From an uncultured Pseudanabaenaceae cyanobacterium (GTDB lineage: Bacteria; Cyanobacteriota; Cyanobacteriia; PCC-9006; JAAUQQ01), in contig CALIJJ010000209.1 of the NCBI GenBank assembly GCA_938017515.1, forward strand, positions 10,108 to 74,107: DNA of 64,000 nt, in the 5' to 3' direction. The position numbers and the translations under genes were made by a program. Below the pieces are notes generated by a model. It saw only the letters and a program-made list of their open reading frames with translations. It was not told the DNA's origin and made no database searches. Below, piece by piece: positions 49,963 to 60,319 of this stretch (position 1 is its first letter; each line of letters starts with the position of its first letter).

Positions 49963-52002
49963 ATGCTCCAGTCTCTGAGTATTCAAAATTTCGCCCTCGT
50001 CGATCGCCTGGAATTAGAGTTGGGCGCCGGTCTGCATGTCATTACCGGTGAAACAGGGGCGGGCAAGTCGATCATTTTGGATGCGCTTGACGCAGTGCTA
50101 GGGGGGCGTGTGCCCGGAAAGATGGTTCGTACCGGAGAATCGCGGGCGCACCTGGAAGCCACATTCAAAATGCTGCCCTCCCTCGCGGACTGGCTAGAAG
50201 AGCATGAAATTGAGCTGCTCGAAGATGCCATGGTGGTGTGCAGTCGTGAGATCGTCGCCAATGGCAACAGCTCCCGCAGCCGCTCCCGGGTGAATGGTGT
50301 GGTGGTGAATCGGCAGCAAATGGAAAGCCTGCGCGAGCGCCTTGTCGAAATTACTGCCCAGGGACAAACCGTACAGCTGGGTCAGGCGGCGCGGCAGCGG
50401 GAATGGCTCGATAGCTTTGGCGGGGCGGGTCTTTTGGCCCAGCGCCAGAAGGTTGCGGTCGTTTATGGCCGGTATCAAAGTGCCTTCAAGCTCTTAGAGC
50501 ACCGTCGCAATAGTGAAGGGCAGCGCCTCCAGCAGCTCGATATGTATCAGTTTCAGGCGAAGGAAATGGAGGATGCGGGCTTAGAAGATCCCAACGAACT
50601 CAATGCTCTCCAGCAAGAACACCAGCGCCTGGGCCATGCCGTGGAGCTGCAACAGCAGAGTTTCCAGGTCTATAACCTGCTCTACGAAAACGAAGATGGT
50701 AATGCCTGTGCTGATTTGCTCGGTAAGGCGGAGTCGGTTCTTCAGGACATGCTGCCCTACGATGATGGCCTGAAGAATCTGGTGGACCTGGTGAATGAAG
50801 CCATCACCCAGGTGCAGGAAGCCGGGTTACAGATGAACAGCTATGGCAGTGGCTTGGAGACTGATCCGGCGCGTTTGGCCGAGATTGATACTCGCATCTC
50901 TGAGCTGAAGCAGATTTGTCGTAAGTACGGTCCTAGCCTGGAAGATGCGATCGCCTACTACAAAAAAATCCGCCATGAACTCGATGCGTTTGGTGACGAA
51001 GGCCAGACCATCGAAGCGCTGCAAGCAGCCGTTGATAAGGCTGAGGCGGAGCTGACCAAGGTATGTAAAAAGCTCACGTCCCTGCGCAAAGCGGCGGCTA
51101 AGACTCTGGAGGCCAAGCTGCTGGAGGAACTCAAACCCCTTGCCATGGATAAGGTGAAATTCCAGGTGCAGCTGGCTCCCATGTCGCCCACGGCCAACGG
51201 CGCCGACCACATTTGTTTTTTGCTCAGTCCCAATCCGGGGGAGCCGCTTCAGCCCCTGAGTGAGACCGCATCCGGTGGTGAGATGAGCCGGTTTTTGCTG
51301 GCGCTCAAATCCTGTTTCTCGGCCATTGATCCGGTGGGAACGCTGGTGTTTGATGAGATTGATACCGGCGTCTCTGGACGGGTATCCCAGGCGATCGCCG
51401 ATAAATTGTGCCAGCTCGGCAAAAGCCACCAGGTTCTCTGTGTGACCCATCAGCCCCTGATTGCAGCCGTCGCAGAGCATCATTTTCGGGTGCGAAAAGA
51501 AGTTTTGGATAGCGATCGCACCGTTGTTCGCATTCAAGCGCTGACGGATCGAGAGGCACGACGGCAGGAATTGGCAGAGTTAGCGGGGGGCAAGTCAGCC
51601 CAGGAGGCGATCGCCTTTGCAGAGTCCCTGCTGGAGCAAGCCGCTGGCACCCCAAAAAAGCCCGCCGCAACAAAACGCAGCGCGGCCCAGCGTAAGCCAG
51701 CGGCATCGGTGCAGGCACCCCCTGAAGCTGTGACCCTTGAAGCCGTTATCGCTAAAGTTGTGACCCCTGAAGTTGTGACCCCTGAAGTTGTGACCTCCAA
51801 ACAAGCTATTGCCCCTGAAGCAGAATCCACCCAACCTCAAAAAACAGCGACCAAGGCTGGAACGTCGAAAAAAGTGGCTGTGAAAAAGGTCACTCCTAAG
51901 AAGGGAGCCGCGAAAGGCGCTGCTAAAGGCGCTGCTAAAAAAGCCGCGAAGACAGCGGCGAAATCTGGACTCGAACAGCCGACCCTCGATTTTCCACTAT
52001 GA
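49963..52002 (+). CDS. recN: DNA repair protein RecN with C-terminal Lys/Ala/Pro-rich extension
   Basis: SMC-like: N-terminal Walker A GETGAGKS, long coiled coil, C-terminal signature/Walker B (LVFDEIDTGVSG). It carries an extra ~115-aa tail (PKKPAATKRSAAQRKPAAS...KKVAVKKVTPKKGAAKGAAKGAAKKAAKTAAK) containing a VVTPE triple repeat. Confidence 0.9.
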   Translation: MLQSLSIQNFALVDRLELELGAGLHVITGETGAGKSIILDALDAVLGGRVPGKMVRTGESRAHLEATFKMLPSLADWLEEHEIELLEDAMVVCSREIVANGNSSRSRSRVNGVVVNRQQMESLRERLVEITAQGQTVQLGQAARQREWLDSFGGAGLLAQRQKVAVVYGRYQSAFKLLEHRRNSEGQRLQQLDMYQFQAKEMEDAGLEDPNELNALQQEHQRLGHAVELQQQSFQVYNLLYENEDGNACADLLGKAESVLQDMLPYDDGLKNLVDLVNEAITQVQEAGLQMNSYGSGLETDPARLAEIDTRISELKQICRKYGPSLEDAIAYYKKIRHELDAFGDEGQTIEALQAAVDKAEAELTKVCKKLTSLRKAAAKTLEAKLLEELKPLAMDKVKFQVQLAPMSPTANGADHICFLLSPNPGEPLQPLSETASGGEMSRFLLALKSCFSAIDPVGTLVFDEIDTGVSGRVSQAIADKLCQLGKSHQVLCVTHQPLIAAVAEHHFRVRKEVLDSDRTVVRIQALTDREARRQELAELAGGKSAQEAIAFAESLLEQAAGTPKKPAATKRSAAQRKPAASVQAPPEAVTLEAVIAKVVTPEVVTPEVVTSKQAIAPEAESTQPQKTATKAGTSKKVAVKKVTPKKGAAKGAAKGAAKKAAKTAAKSGLEQPTLDFPL

Positions 52003-52045
52003 CGCCCGGTTGAGAGGGCCCTGAATCTGAATCTGTTGTCTGGAT

Positions 52046-52528
52046 TTAGGGACTTGGTAATGAGCCCTGGATAACGAGGACAGAACAGGGAGCGTGGTGC
52101 ACAACATAGTTGCTAATACTACCCATCATCAGCTCTGACAAGCCTGTGCGACCTCGACGACCCAAGAGAATCAGGTCGATAGTCCAGTCCTTCGCCTTTT
52201 GGCAAATCGTGGTCGCGGGATCGGCGATGTCGCATTGGAGCACCGCCTTAACCCCCGCCTGTTGGGCTGTTGTCTGATATTGCGTGAGGGTCGTCCGTAC
52301 TCGCTGTAGCTCAATTTGCAGTGTCTCTATGTCCAGGGCCGCAATGTCAAAGTGGGGCATGGCGCTGAAGTCGCTCACGGCATCCAGCGGTGGCCTGGGC
52401 GTCCACTGTAAATAGCTGGCGAGATACAGCTCACTGTTTTCGTGTTTCGCTAAATCCAGGGCCTGGTCGAAGATCGCTTGTCCGGTTTTGGAGGGATCTA
52501 ATGCAACTAAAATTTTATGGAATGCCAT
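52046..52528 (-). CDS. Universal stress protein (UspA family)
   Basis: MAFHKILVALDPS...GSISNYVVHHAPCSVLVIQ with ATP-binding G-2x-G-9x-G(S/T) motif. Confidence 0.8.
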   Translation of the reverse strand: MAFHKILVALDPSKTGQAIFDQALDLAKHENSELYLASYLQWTPRPPLDAVSDFSAMPHFDIAALDIETLQIELQRVRTTLTQYQTTAQQAGVKAVLQCDIADPATTICQKAKDWTIDLILLGRRGRTGLSELMMGSISNYVVHHAPCSVLVIQGSLPSP

Positions 52529-52619
52529 TGTTTTGCAGCCTCAGATCTGTGATGGCCACGGAAGACCACCATGGGCGCGGTGCTCTATGGCTTGTTGCTC
52601 TGTCGCATTGCTTTGTTCT

Positions 52620-54158
52620 CTAAGGTGATTGTAAAACCTTCAAGGCTTGCCGTTGACTCATGCCCGGGAGAATATCGGAACGATACAGCATCTGAATCAA
52701 CTGTTGGTCGAGGCCACTAAATTGTGTGGTGGCTGTCCAGTCTTGATAAAAAATGCTGTCCTTATGGCTAAAGGAATCCTGCATCAGACCCAGGGCTTGG
52801 GTCAGTTCTTCGCGGATGAGATGCGATCGCTCCCGTTGGCTGATCGAATTGCTGGAAATGAGCACCTTGGCCTTACGCAGATAGCCCTGCTCATCGGACC
52901 AAGCCCAGAAAAAACCATAGTTGGTGGGTAAATAGCTGGGTTCATAGCGACTGAACTGAGATTCTGGGACAAAAAAGATGTCGAAGTTTGGGGCTGGGCT
53001 GCCGTCCTTGTCTGGGTTTGGTTTGAGGGACGTTGATGGCTGGAGGCTTGTGCCCAAATCACTTTTTTCTAAGGTGGATTTGGCCTGCTCCAGTTTGATG
53101 CGGCTCGCGTTGCGACGACTGGATGGGGGACTGTTGGAGGCGAGCGGATTGGGAACCTTGCTGGCGTTGGTTTGGGGCGGGCTGGGGGGCGGGGTGGCAA
53201 GGTCTTGGCGATGGGAAAGCGCTTCGGTGTTGATGAGGGCGATCGTCACACCGTTCAGCAGCCCATTGAGTTCTTCAACCACCTGGTTCAGGGTTGTGAT
53301 GTCGGCCTGACTGGGATTGCCATGCACCCGTATGCGAATGTCATCTTCCCACTTGCGAATCATGGGGACGGTCTCACTGAATTCCCCTGTAAAGGCCACT
53401 TCAGAAAAATAGTTGAGGGCAGCCCGGTCAGGAATGACCGTTGCCCGTTTTTGTGAACTGGGGCGTAGTGCTTTGGCGGCGGATTGCTCCTCTGAGAGGG
53501 CTCCGCTTGGTGAACCGGCTTGGTCTGTTTGCTCCGTCTGGTCGTGCTGGTCTGGTGGGCTTGGGCGGTCAGCCGGAGACTGGCTCAGATCGGGGAACAG
53601 GAGTTGGCTCAAGTTCAACCCTTGGTTGGGTAATAGGGGAGATCTAGGGGACCATGCTTGCTCTGGGACGGACACCGGGCTTGGACCTGGAGCTTGGCGA
53701 GAATGCTTGTCTGACGACCGTTTTGCTGAGGGAGACGGTCTTGGATCGGAGAAGGCGGGGGCAGTGAAGCTCCGCGTTTCCTGGTTCGATGATGCTTGAT
53801 TTGAGGTTGTGCCGGAATGAAGTGAGAGTGCCTGACTGAGTAATTGCCCTTGTTCTGAAGGTCGATGTCCAGAAGTTCGATGCTCTGCTGAGTGGTCATC
53901 CTTCTCCGTCTCGCTTGAGCCGGGGGACAGTGTTGCCCGTAGCGACTGGATCTGTCGCTGAGACCAGTTCCAAGGTCGAGCCCAGACCTGGTTGTCCTGC
54001 CTGAGGTCGGAGTGCTCTGAAGCCAACAGAGCAGAGATGCCTGAACCGAAGGATAGTGGCATCTCTTCCAGCCATCCATTGGCCAGAGCCGAAGCACTCA
54101 TCAACGCGACACCTGCCACGCTAGAGGAGACCAGAAAGGAGACTCGGGAAAAGAGCAT
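52620..54158 (-). CDS. Secreted/periplasmic protein with long Ser/Pro-rich linker and conserved C-terminal domain (possibly DUF2927-like)
   Basis: Signal-like N-terminus, then a ~230-aa low-complexity S/P/Q region. The globular C-terminus holds IRKWEDDIRIRVHG, NFDIFFVPESQF and YGFFWAW. The DUF assignment is from memory. Confidence 0.55.
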   Translation of the reverse strand: MLFSRVSFLVSSSVAGVALMSASALANGWLEEMPLSFGSGISALLASEHSDLRQDNQVWARPWNWSQRQIQSLRATLSPGSSETEKDDHSAEHRTSGHRPSEQGQLLSQALSLHSGTTSNQASSNQETRSFTAPAFSDPRPSPSAKRSSDKHSRQAPGPSPVSVPEQAWSPRSPLLPNQGLNLSQLLFPDLSQSPADRPSPPDQHDQTEQTDQAGSPSGALSEEQSAAKALRPSSQKRATVIPDRAALNYFSEVAFTGEFSETVPMIRKWEDDIRIRVHGNPSQADITTLNQVVEELNGLLNGVTIALINTEALSHRQDLATPPPSPPQTNASKVPNPLASNSPPSSRRNASRIKLEQAKSTLEKSDLGTSLQPSTSLKPNPDKDGSPAPNFDIFFVPESQFSRYEPSYLPTNYGFFWAWSDEQGYLRKAKVLISSNSISQRERSHLIREELTQALGLMQDSFSHKDSIFYQDWTATTQFSGLDQQLIQMLYRSDILPGMSQRQALKVLQSP

Positions 54159-54206
54159 GGTGAACCAACCAAGGAGAGCGAGGGAGGCGTAATGGCTGCA
54201 TCAAGC

Positions 54207-54243
54207 AAAAAAGTGGGGACAAGTCCATTGGACCTGTCCCCAC
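54207..54243 (-). terminator. Orphan rho-independent terminator (13-bp stem, one mismatch, then TTTTTT on minus strand)
   Basis: + strand reads aaaaaa gtggggacaagtc cattg gacctgtccccac. It lies ~340 nt downstream of the argH stop with no intervening ORF of 60 aa or more. Confidence 0.45.
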
Positions 54244-54581
54244 GTCAAGCTAAAGAGGCAGAGAGTTCTCTGTTCCGTACCTTATTGATTATAGTACAAA
54301 TAAACTATAAAAGTGGGGATCAGAGAAAATGCTTCCCGGGAGGCGGGAAATCCAATGTCCTCTGATTGTATAAAAAATAACTTTGTATTTGGAAGGCGCA
54401 ATAAATCCTTAGCTGCGATCGCAGCTTCACCCATTGACGTTCTCCTCAATGCAGTCTAGGCGTATGGGCCACAAAACTGAAGGGGCTGTTGTGTTGGCGG
54501 AGAAACGTATCTTTATGGGGAAGTGCGCAGGCTTAGATGTAGTTATAGGTACTCTTTGGCCTGCGTCTTCTGAGGAGTGGT

Positions 54582-56006
54582 CTAGCTGTGCTCGGCCAGC
54601 CGTGTTTTGGATCGTTCCAGGGCCTGTCTGACCTGTTCAAAGCCTGTGCCGCCGTAGCTGTTGCGTGCTGCAACCACCTGCTTGGGCTCGATCGCCGCGT
54701 AGATATCTGATTCGAACTTAGGGTGGAGCGCCTGCCACTCCTCCAGTGTCAAATCCTTCAGCAGTTTATTTTGGGCTAGGCTCGTGCGAACGACCTTGCC
54801 CACGAGGTTATAGGCCTCGCGGAAGGGAACTCCCTTGGAGGCTAAGTAATCCGCAACATCCGTGGCGTTGGAAAAGTCTTCTGCCACAGCTTCTGCCAAC
54901 CGTTGGGGGCGAAACTCAAGGCCCTCTGCAAGCAGGATGCTCATGGCTTCGAGGCAGCCTGAGACTGTTTTGACCGTATCGAACAGCCCTTCTTTGTCTT
55001 CTTGGAGGTCTTTGTTGTAGGCAAGGGGGATGCCCTTGAGGATCACCAGCATGGCTTGTAGGTGGCCAAAGACTCGCCCGGTTTTTCCCCGCACTAGCTC
55101 GGGGATGTCAGGGTTTTTCTTTTGGGGCATGATGCTGGAGCCCGTGGAGCAGTTGTCCTTGAGGCGGATGAAGCGAAATTCCTCGGAGGCCCAGATGATG
55201 AGTTCTTCGGAGAGGCGGCTGAGGTGGACCAGGATGAGGCTGGAGGCAGAGAGGAATTCGATGGCGAAGTCGCGATCGCTCACCGCATCCAAACTATTGC
55301 CATAAACCCCGTCAAACCCCAACAGCTCGGCACTATAGTGCCGGTCAATGGGAAATGTTGTGCCCGCCAGCGCACCAGCACCCAGCGGAGACTGATTCAC
55401 ACGCTTGAGTGCATCGCCCAGGCGCTCATAGTCCCGTTGGGCCATTTCAAAGTAGGCCAGCAGATGGTGCGCTAGGCTGACGGGCTGGGCGCGTTGTAAG
55501 TGGGTGTAGCCGGGAATTAATGTTTCGACATTGGCCTCGGCGAGGGAGACCAGGACAGACTGGAACTGCTTGAGCTGCTGACGAATGCCGTGGATCTTGT
55601 CTCGTAGATAAAGCCGAATGTCGGTGCCGACTTGGTCATTGCGCGATCGCGCGGTGTGGATCTTTTTGCCGACATCGCCGAGGATTTCCGTCAGGCGATG
55701 CTCCACGGCAAAGTGCACATCTTCGTCATCGACCGTGGGCTGAAGGCTTCCATCCCGATATTCTTGCCGCACCTGCTCGAGCCCTGAGACGAGTTGTTCA
55801 GCCTCCGCAGCGGTGATGATACCGGTGTGGGCCAGCATCTTGGCATGGGCTTGGGAGCCGGTGATATCGTACTCAATCAGTTCGATATCGAAAAAGATAC
55901 TGGCATTGAAGCGGGCGATCGCCGGATTCAAGGCAGACTCGAAACGCTGGCTCCACGTGTTCGGGGTCGAAGGAGTGGGCTGCTCGGAATTGGATTGCTG
56001 GGGCAT
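54582..56006 (-). CDS. argH: Argininosuccinate lyase
   Basis: Fumarase/aspartase superfamily. The [12 protein letters not shown] signature is present. 474 aa. Confidence 0.95.
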   Translation of the reverse strand: MPQQSNSEQPTPSTPNTWSQRFESALNPAIARFNASIFFDIELIEYDITGSQAHAKMLAHTGIITAAEAEQLVSGLEQVRQEYRDGSLQPTVDDEDVHFAVEHRLTEILGDVGKKIHTARSRNDQVGTDIRLYLRDKIHGIRQQLKQFQSVLVSLAEANVETLIPGYTHLQRAQPVSLAHHLLAYFEMAQRDYERLGDALKRVNQSPLGAGALAGTTFPIDRHYSAELLGFDGVYGNSLDAVSDRDFAIEFLSASSLILVHLSRLSEELIIWASEEFRFIRLKDNCSTGSSIMPQKKNPDIPELVRGKTGRVFGHLQAMLVILKGIPLAYNKDLQEDKEGLFDTVKTVSGCLEAMSILLAEGLEFRPQRLAEAVAEDFSNATDVADYLASKGVPFREAYNLVGKVVRTSLAQNKLLKDLTLEEWQALHPKFESDIYAAIEPKQVVAARNSYGGTGFEQVRQALERSKTRLAEHS

Positions 56007-56227
56007 TAACCGTAGGACGTAAGACTCTTAAAGATATATCCAATCACAACGCCAATCAGAAGTGCCCAGAGCTGTCCCGATTCGACGAAGGCTCCGAAGG
56101 CTCCCTGCATATCTCCCAGGATGTCCTGGTTAAATTGTTGAGCCAGAATCAGATTCTCGGTGGCCACGGTTTGAGAAGCCGGTAGGTAGGCCGAGCCGGT
56201 TGCTTGATTCCCTGGGAATGCGTTCAT
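56006..56227 (-). CDS. Small hypothetical protein with C-terminal TM helix
   Basis: 73 aa. Its stop overlaps the argH start. C-terminal [14 protein letters not shown]. Confidence 0.4.
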   Translation of the reverse strand: MNAFPGNQATGSAYLPASQTVATENLILAQQFNQDILGDMQGAFGAFVESGQLWALLIGVVIGYIFKSLTSYG

Positions 56228-56434
56228 ATTTGGAGGACTCCAGATCGTGAAGATTGAGGTTACAAGCCCAATTCAGAGACGCAGTGTGAGAACTGGGCCT
56301 GAATTGGTGCCGATTGTACTATGGCAATTCAGAATTGTCGGCGCTTTGCAGCAAAATTCGAGATTTTGAGTAATTTAGCTGCGAAAATTCCTTAGACCTG
56401 TGGCGAAAAAGACGGTACTGCAGGGGGTCTGTAC

Positions 56435-57916
56435 CTAGACTTCAGGTTTCACTTTCATGACAACCAAGGTCATGTCATCGTCATTTTGTTTGTTGGAGCC
56501 GACGAATTGCCGGATGCGATCGAACAGGGTCTCCAAAATACGCTGGGGTTGGTCATAGCGCTGGCAGGCCCACTGCACGGCACGGATGAGATTATCTTCG
56601 TCAAAGCGATCGCCCGTTGGCGATGCCGCATCCGTAAAGCCATCGGTGTAAAACACAACGACATCGCCGGGCTCCAGCTTGATCTTGCCGTCCTCGTACT
56701 GACTATCCTCATCCAAACCAACCAACATGCCTAGGGTGTCGAGTCGATGCATACTCTGACTCGCAAAACGCCAGAGCAACGGTGGATTATGAGCAGCGTT
56801 GCTGTAGGACAAGGTGCGTGAATCGGGATCATATTCCGAATAAAACAGCGTGACAAAGCGATTAGAGTTTTCCAGATCGGTGTACATCACCCGGTTGAGG
56901 TGCTGCAAAATGCGTGCTGGACTATGGCCGTTGAGCACCTCTGCCCGCAGCATGCCCCGCAGCATGGTCATAATCAGCCCTGCTGGAACGCCCTTACCCA
57001 TGACATCGCCAATGGTGATGCCCCAAGGCTCCTGACTGGCAGTGGCGGCTTTGCTGGCTTTGGTTTGGTCAGATTTTGTAGGGATGAAATCGTAGTAATC
57101 GCCGCCGACACGACTGGCGGTTTTGCAGCGGGCAGCCAGGTCTAAGCCGTCGATCTTAGGGCAGTGGCGGGGGAAGAGCTGACGCTGAATTTCGGCGCCA
57201 ATTTCCAGTTCGCGATCGAGCCGTTCCTTTTGCCGTAGCTCCGTTGTCAGTTCATCTTGCTCGATGGCCACTGCCGTTTGGTCAGCGACAAATCGCACCA
57301 GCTTCTGACGTTTCTCCGTCCAGCGGTAGATCGGGTCATAGCTAAAGACATACAGGCGCCCCCGTTCTACTGCGCGATTCAGTACCGCTGTGCCGAAGAG
57401 CTGAACACCGGCTCCCAAGGTGTCGGAGACCCGTTCATCCAAGGCCGTCATCAGGCTATTCGTGGAGGCTGCGAGTGCGCCGTTTCCGTCCTGAGACTGA
57501 CCGGGAAGGCTGCTGGCATTTTCGGCAAAATGCTTGGCAAACTGCACTGAGAACTGCCGAGTGACGTCCTCAAGGGAGGATTGAATATTGCTGCACCGCT
57601 CATCGTTAGAGCAATGAAACCGCTCTAGGCGAACTTCTCCATCCGGTCGGCAAATAATCAGGGCGCCGCCATCTGCTTTGGTGGCTCGACTGGCCACCAT
57701 GGGAATCAGTTCTAAAAACTGATTCAGGTTGGTGAAGCTACGCAGAGCAAAACCGAGGGAACTGAAGAGGTCTTGGGTACTGCTCTGTTCACGATTGAGT
57801 CGTGCAACCAATTCCTTGAGAGCAACAACAGGAGTCGTCTCGTTTGGAGACGCACCCATGGGGTTGGTCGTGGGGTTTGGCTTTTGGATAGGCACGGATG
57901 TCATATTAACGAACAA
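56435..57916 (-). CDS. GAF-domain PP2C-type (SpoIIE-family) serine phosphatase
   Basis: N-terminal GAF-like region, then PP2C motifs (GDYYDF, GDVMGKGVPAGL, VVFYTDGFTDA, DDMTLVVMK). Confidence 0.8.
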   Translation of the reverse strand: MFVNMTSVPIQKPNPTTNPMGASPNETTPVVALKELVARLNREQSSTQDLFSSLGFALRSFTNLNQFLELIPMVASRATKADGGALIICRPDGEVRLERFHCSNDERCSNIQSSLEDVTRQFSVQFAKHFAENASSLPGQSQDGNGALAASTNSLMTALDERVSDTLGAGVQLFGTAVLNRAVERGRLYVFSYDPIYRWTEKRQKLVRFVADQTAVAIEQDELTTELRQKERLDRELEIGAEIQRQLFPRHCPKIDGLDLAARCKTASRVGGDYYDFIPTKSDQTKASKAATASQEPWGITIGDVMGKGVPAGLIMTMLRGMLRAEVLNGHSPARILQHLNRVMYTDLENSNRFVTLFYSEYDPDSRTLSYSNAAHNPPLLWRFASQSMHRLDTLGMLVGLDEDSQYEDGKIKLEPGDVVVFYTDGFTDAASPTGDRFDEDNLIRAVQWACQRYDQPQRILETLFDRIRQFVGSNKQNDDDMTLVVMKVKPEV

Positions 57917-58313
57917 ACCGGATTTGGGCTGCTCAGCGTCAGGAATTGATTACTTGGAGAGCAGGCGACTGGGTAATGACCTTGCACACTGCAATGGCAT
58001 GGGCGGTTGTTCAATAGGCCTGAAAATCTTGGCCGCCGAAAATATGCCCCATAGTAATAGCGTGAATTGGTTGAATTGCCAATAGCATTCCCACGAAACC
58101 CAAAAGTAAGCGAGATGACCGCTGTGGATCAGAGCCCTGAGCCTGTCTACTGGGGCGAAGGGATTGGTCAGGAAGCTTGAAATAATATCTTTATGGGAAT
58201 GAAAAGCTCATGTTGCTGGCTGGTGTGAGAGGGTTTGGGGCCGGCATGCCAATGTTGGGCTCGTCCCCTGGCCCATCTACCGAGGCGTGAGCTTTTTACG
58301 ATAGTTTCGCGCT

Positions 58314-58349
58314 AAAAAAACGGATCGGACTGGAAATCAGTCCGATCCG
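58314..58349 (-). terminator. Rho-independent terminator of ftsY (12-bp perfect stem)
   Basis: On the minus strand: cggatcggactg atttc cagtccgatccg followed by ttttttt. Lies 25 nt after the ftsY stop. Confidence 0.6.
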
Positions 58350-58373
58350 TTCCGCAATCTAGGGCAAACGCCG

Positions 58374-60233
58374 TTAACCGCTGAGCAATGCCTCAACAAA
58401 TTCATAGCTAGAGAAGGGGCGCAGGTCTCCAATGCCCTCCCCGGCACCAATGAAGCGAATTGGAAGACCGAGCTGACGGACCACGGCCAGGGCGACACCG
58501 CCTCGGGCTGTTCCATCGAGCTTGGTGAGAACGACCCCGCTGAGGTCGGCAGCTTGGGCAAAGACTTCGGCTTGGCGCAGGCCGTTTTGACCCAGGGTGG
58601 CATCGAGCACGAGGAGTGACTCGATCTTGGCGCCGGGGGCTTTTTTGTCGATAATGCGGCGAACTTTTGAGAGTTCGTCCATCAGGTTCTTTTTATTCTG
58701 CAGACGACCGGCGGTATCGACCAGTAATAATTCAGTGTTGCGAGATTGGGCGGCGGCGATCGCGTCAAAGACAACGGCTGCTGGATCCGTATTCTGCCCG
58801 GGGTTAGAAATGACTTCAATGCCACTGCGATCGCCCCACACTTGGACTTGTTGCACGGCAGCGGCGCGGAAGGTGTCTGCCGCCGCAATCAGGCAGCGAT
58901 ATTCGGACTTGGTGGCCAAGTGAGCCAGCTTACCGATGGTGGTGGTTTTGCCTGCGCCGTTGACGCCGGTCATCAGCCAGATATTGAGCTGTTCCTTCTC
59001 GGGGGCCAGCACGATACTGTCGTCGTCTTTGATGGGGCTGTCTAGCAGCTCGCGGATGAGACGTTTGAGGTAGGCGATCGCCTGGGCTGGGGGCAGCGCC
59101 TCTTCCCGCAGCTTGGCTTGGAGCGATTCAATGATGTAGTCCGTGGCATCTACGCCGACGTCCGCTTGCAACAGCAAGGATTCGATTTCTAGGACCGCAT
59201 CATCGTTGAGAGGCCCTTGCCCCACAACCGCCTTGAGCTGGTTCACCAGACTACGGCGGGTTTTGCCGAGGCCCTGGCGGAGTTTATTGAGCCAGGTAAT
59301 TTCTTCGTAGGAAATCTCGTCGGGGCGACGTCCTTGGGCGGCGAGAACTTCGGCGGACCAGAGGAAATCTTCGTCAAACGTGATGCGAGGCCCAGAGTCG
59401 AGTTCTGGCTCATCGTCCTCTTCGGGTTCTGGCTCCGGTTCTTCGATGGCCGTGGCTTTGAGGCGTTCTAATCGCTCAGCACGCTCTGCTTCGGCCCGAG
59501 CCAAGATGCTGAGGGGGGCCGCAGTAGCTGGGGGTTCTGGCTCTGGTTCTGACTCCGGTTCTGGCGATGCTGCTGCTTGTGTCGTCACAGACTCAGCAGC
59601 TTCTGGCTCCACTACCTTAGGTTGGCTGTCTGCTGTGGGAGCGTCCTCTGAGTGAGGTTCATCCGCAGATGTCGTTTCATCAGGGGTTGCTGGATCGGGT
59701 TGCTCAGACGCTGAGCTGAGTTCAGGCTCGGACTCCGCGGGGCTTGGCTCGGGTTCCGGCGCTGGCTCGGGTTCTGGCTCAACCCCCTCAGCTGCGACAT
59801 CCGAGGGCTCGGGTTCTCTTGAGGGCTCGGGTTCCGGCTCGTTTATCGATGCTGTTTCCGTTGCAGATTCAGCTTCGGGGTCGGAAACATCATCTGTGGC
59901 TTCATCTGTGGCTTCATCTGTGGTTTCTGGACCTATGCCGCCATCTGTTGGGGAATCTTCCGTTTGAGAATCTTCTGCCTGAGCTTCAGTACTCGTTGCT
60001 GGGCTTGCTTCAGATTCCTCGGTTTGCTTGCGTTTGATATTCGCAAAAGCTGCCTTGGCCCAGGCTAGGGATTCGTCATCCGCTTCAGAAGCTGTCTCCT
60101 CAGACTCATCTGAGGTATCCGCTTCAGAGGCTTCCGTTGCTTGTTCCTCTTGTTCGCTTGCCTCTGGGGCTGAATTCTTCTCTTCTTCAGCCTGTTCGCC
60201 CGAAAATTTGCGACGGAACCAATCGAAAGCCAT
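58374..60233 (-). CDS. ftsY: Signal recognition particle receptor FtsY with long acidic N-terminal domain
   Basis: C-terminal NG domain (GVNGAGKTTTIGKLA, DTAGRLQ). It is preceded by ~300 aa of E/D/P-rich low complexity (PEPEPAPEPEPSP, TDEATDEATDD). Confidence 0.9.
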   Translation of the reverse strand: MAFDWFRRKFSGEQAEEEKNSAPEASEQEEQATEASEADTSDESEETASEADDESLAWAKAAFANIKRKQTEESEASPATSTEAQAEDSQTEDSPTDGGIGPETTDEATDEATDDVSDPEAESATETASINEPEPEPSREPEPSDVAAEGVEPEPEPAPEPEPSPAESEPELSSASEQPDPATPDETTSADEPHSEDAPTADSQPKVVEPEAAESVTTQAAASPEPESEPEPEPPATAAPLSILARAEAERAERLERLKATAIEEPEPEPEEDDEPELDSGPRITFDEDFLWSAEVLAAQGRRPDEISYEEITWLNKLRQGLGKTRRSLVNQLKAVVGQGPLNDDAVLEIESLLLQADVGVDATDYIIESLQAKLREEALPPAQAIAYLKRLIRELLDSPIKDDDSIVLAPEKEQLNIWLMTGVNGAGKTTTIGKLAHLATKSEYRCLIAAADTFRAAAVQQVQVWGDRSGIEVISNPGQNTDPAAVVFDAIAAAQSRNTELLLVDTAGRLQNKKNLMDELSKVRRIIDKKAPGAKIESLLVLDATLGQNGLRQAEVFAQAADLSGVVLTKLDGTARGGVALAVVRQLGLPIRFIGAGEGIGDLRPFSSYEFVEALLSG

Positions 60234-60319
60234 AGATCACGCGGTTGCTTTATTACAAGTTCAGGAGTGTTTCGTGCCCTTCAGGGACGAGCTATCGGTG
60301 AGCTGCAGAACGCGCACCA

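Noticed and set aside
50827-51537. 236-aa minus-strand ORF inside recN
   Set aside because: Antisense to canonical RecN coiled-coil region with no features.
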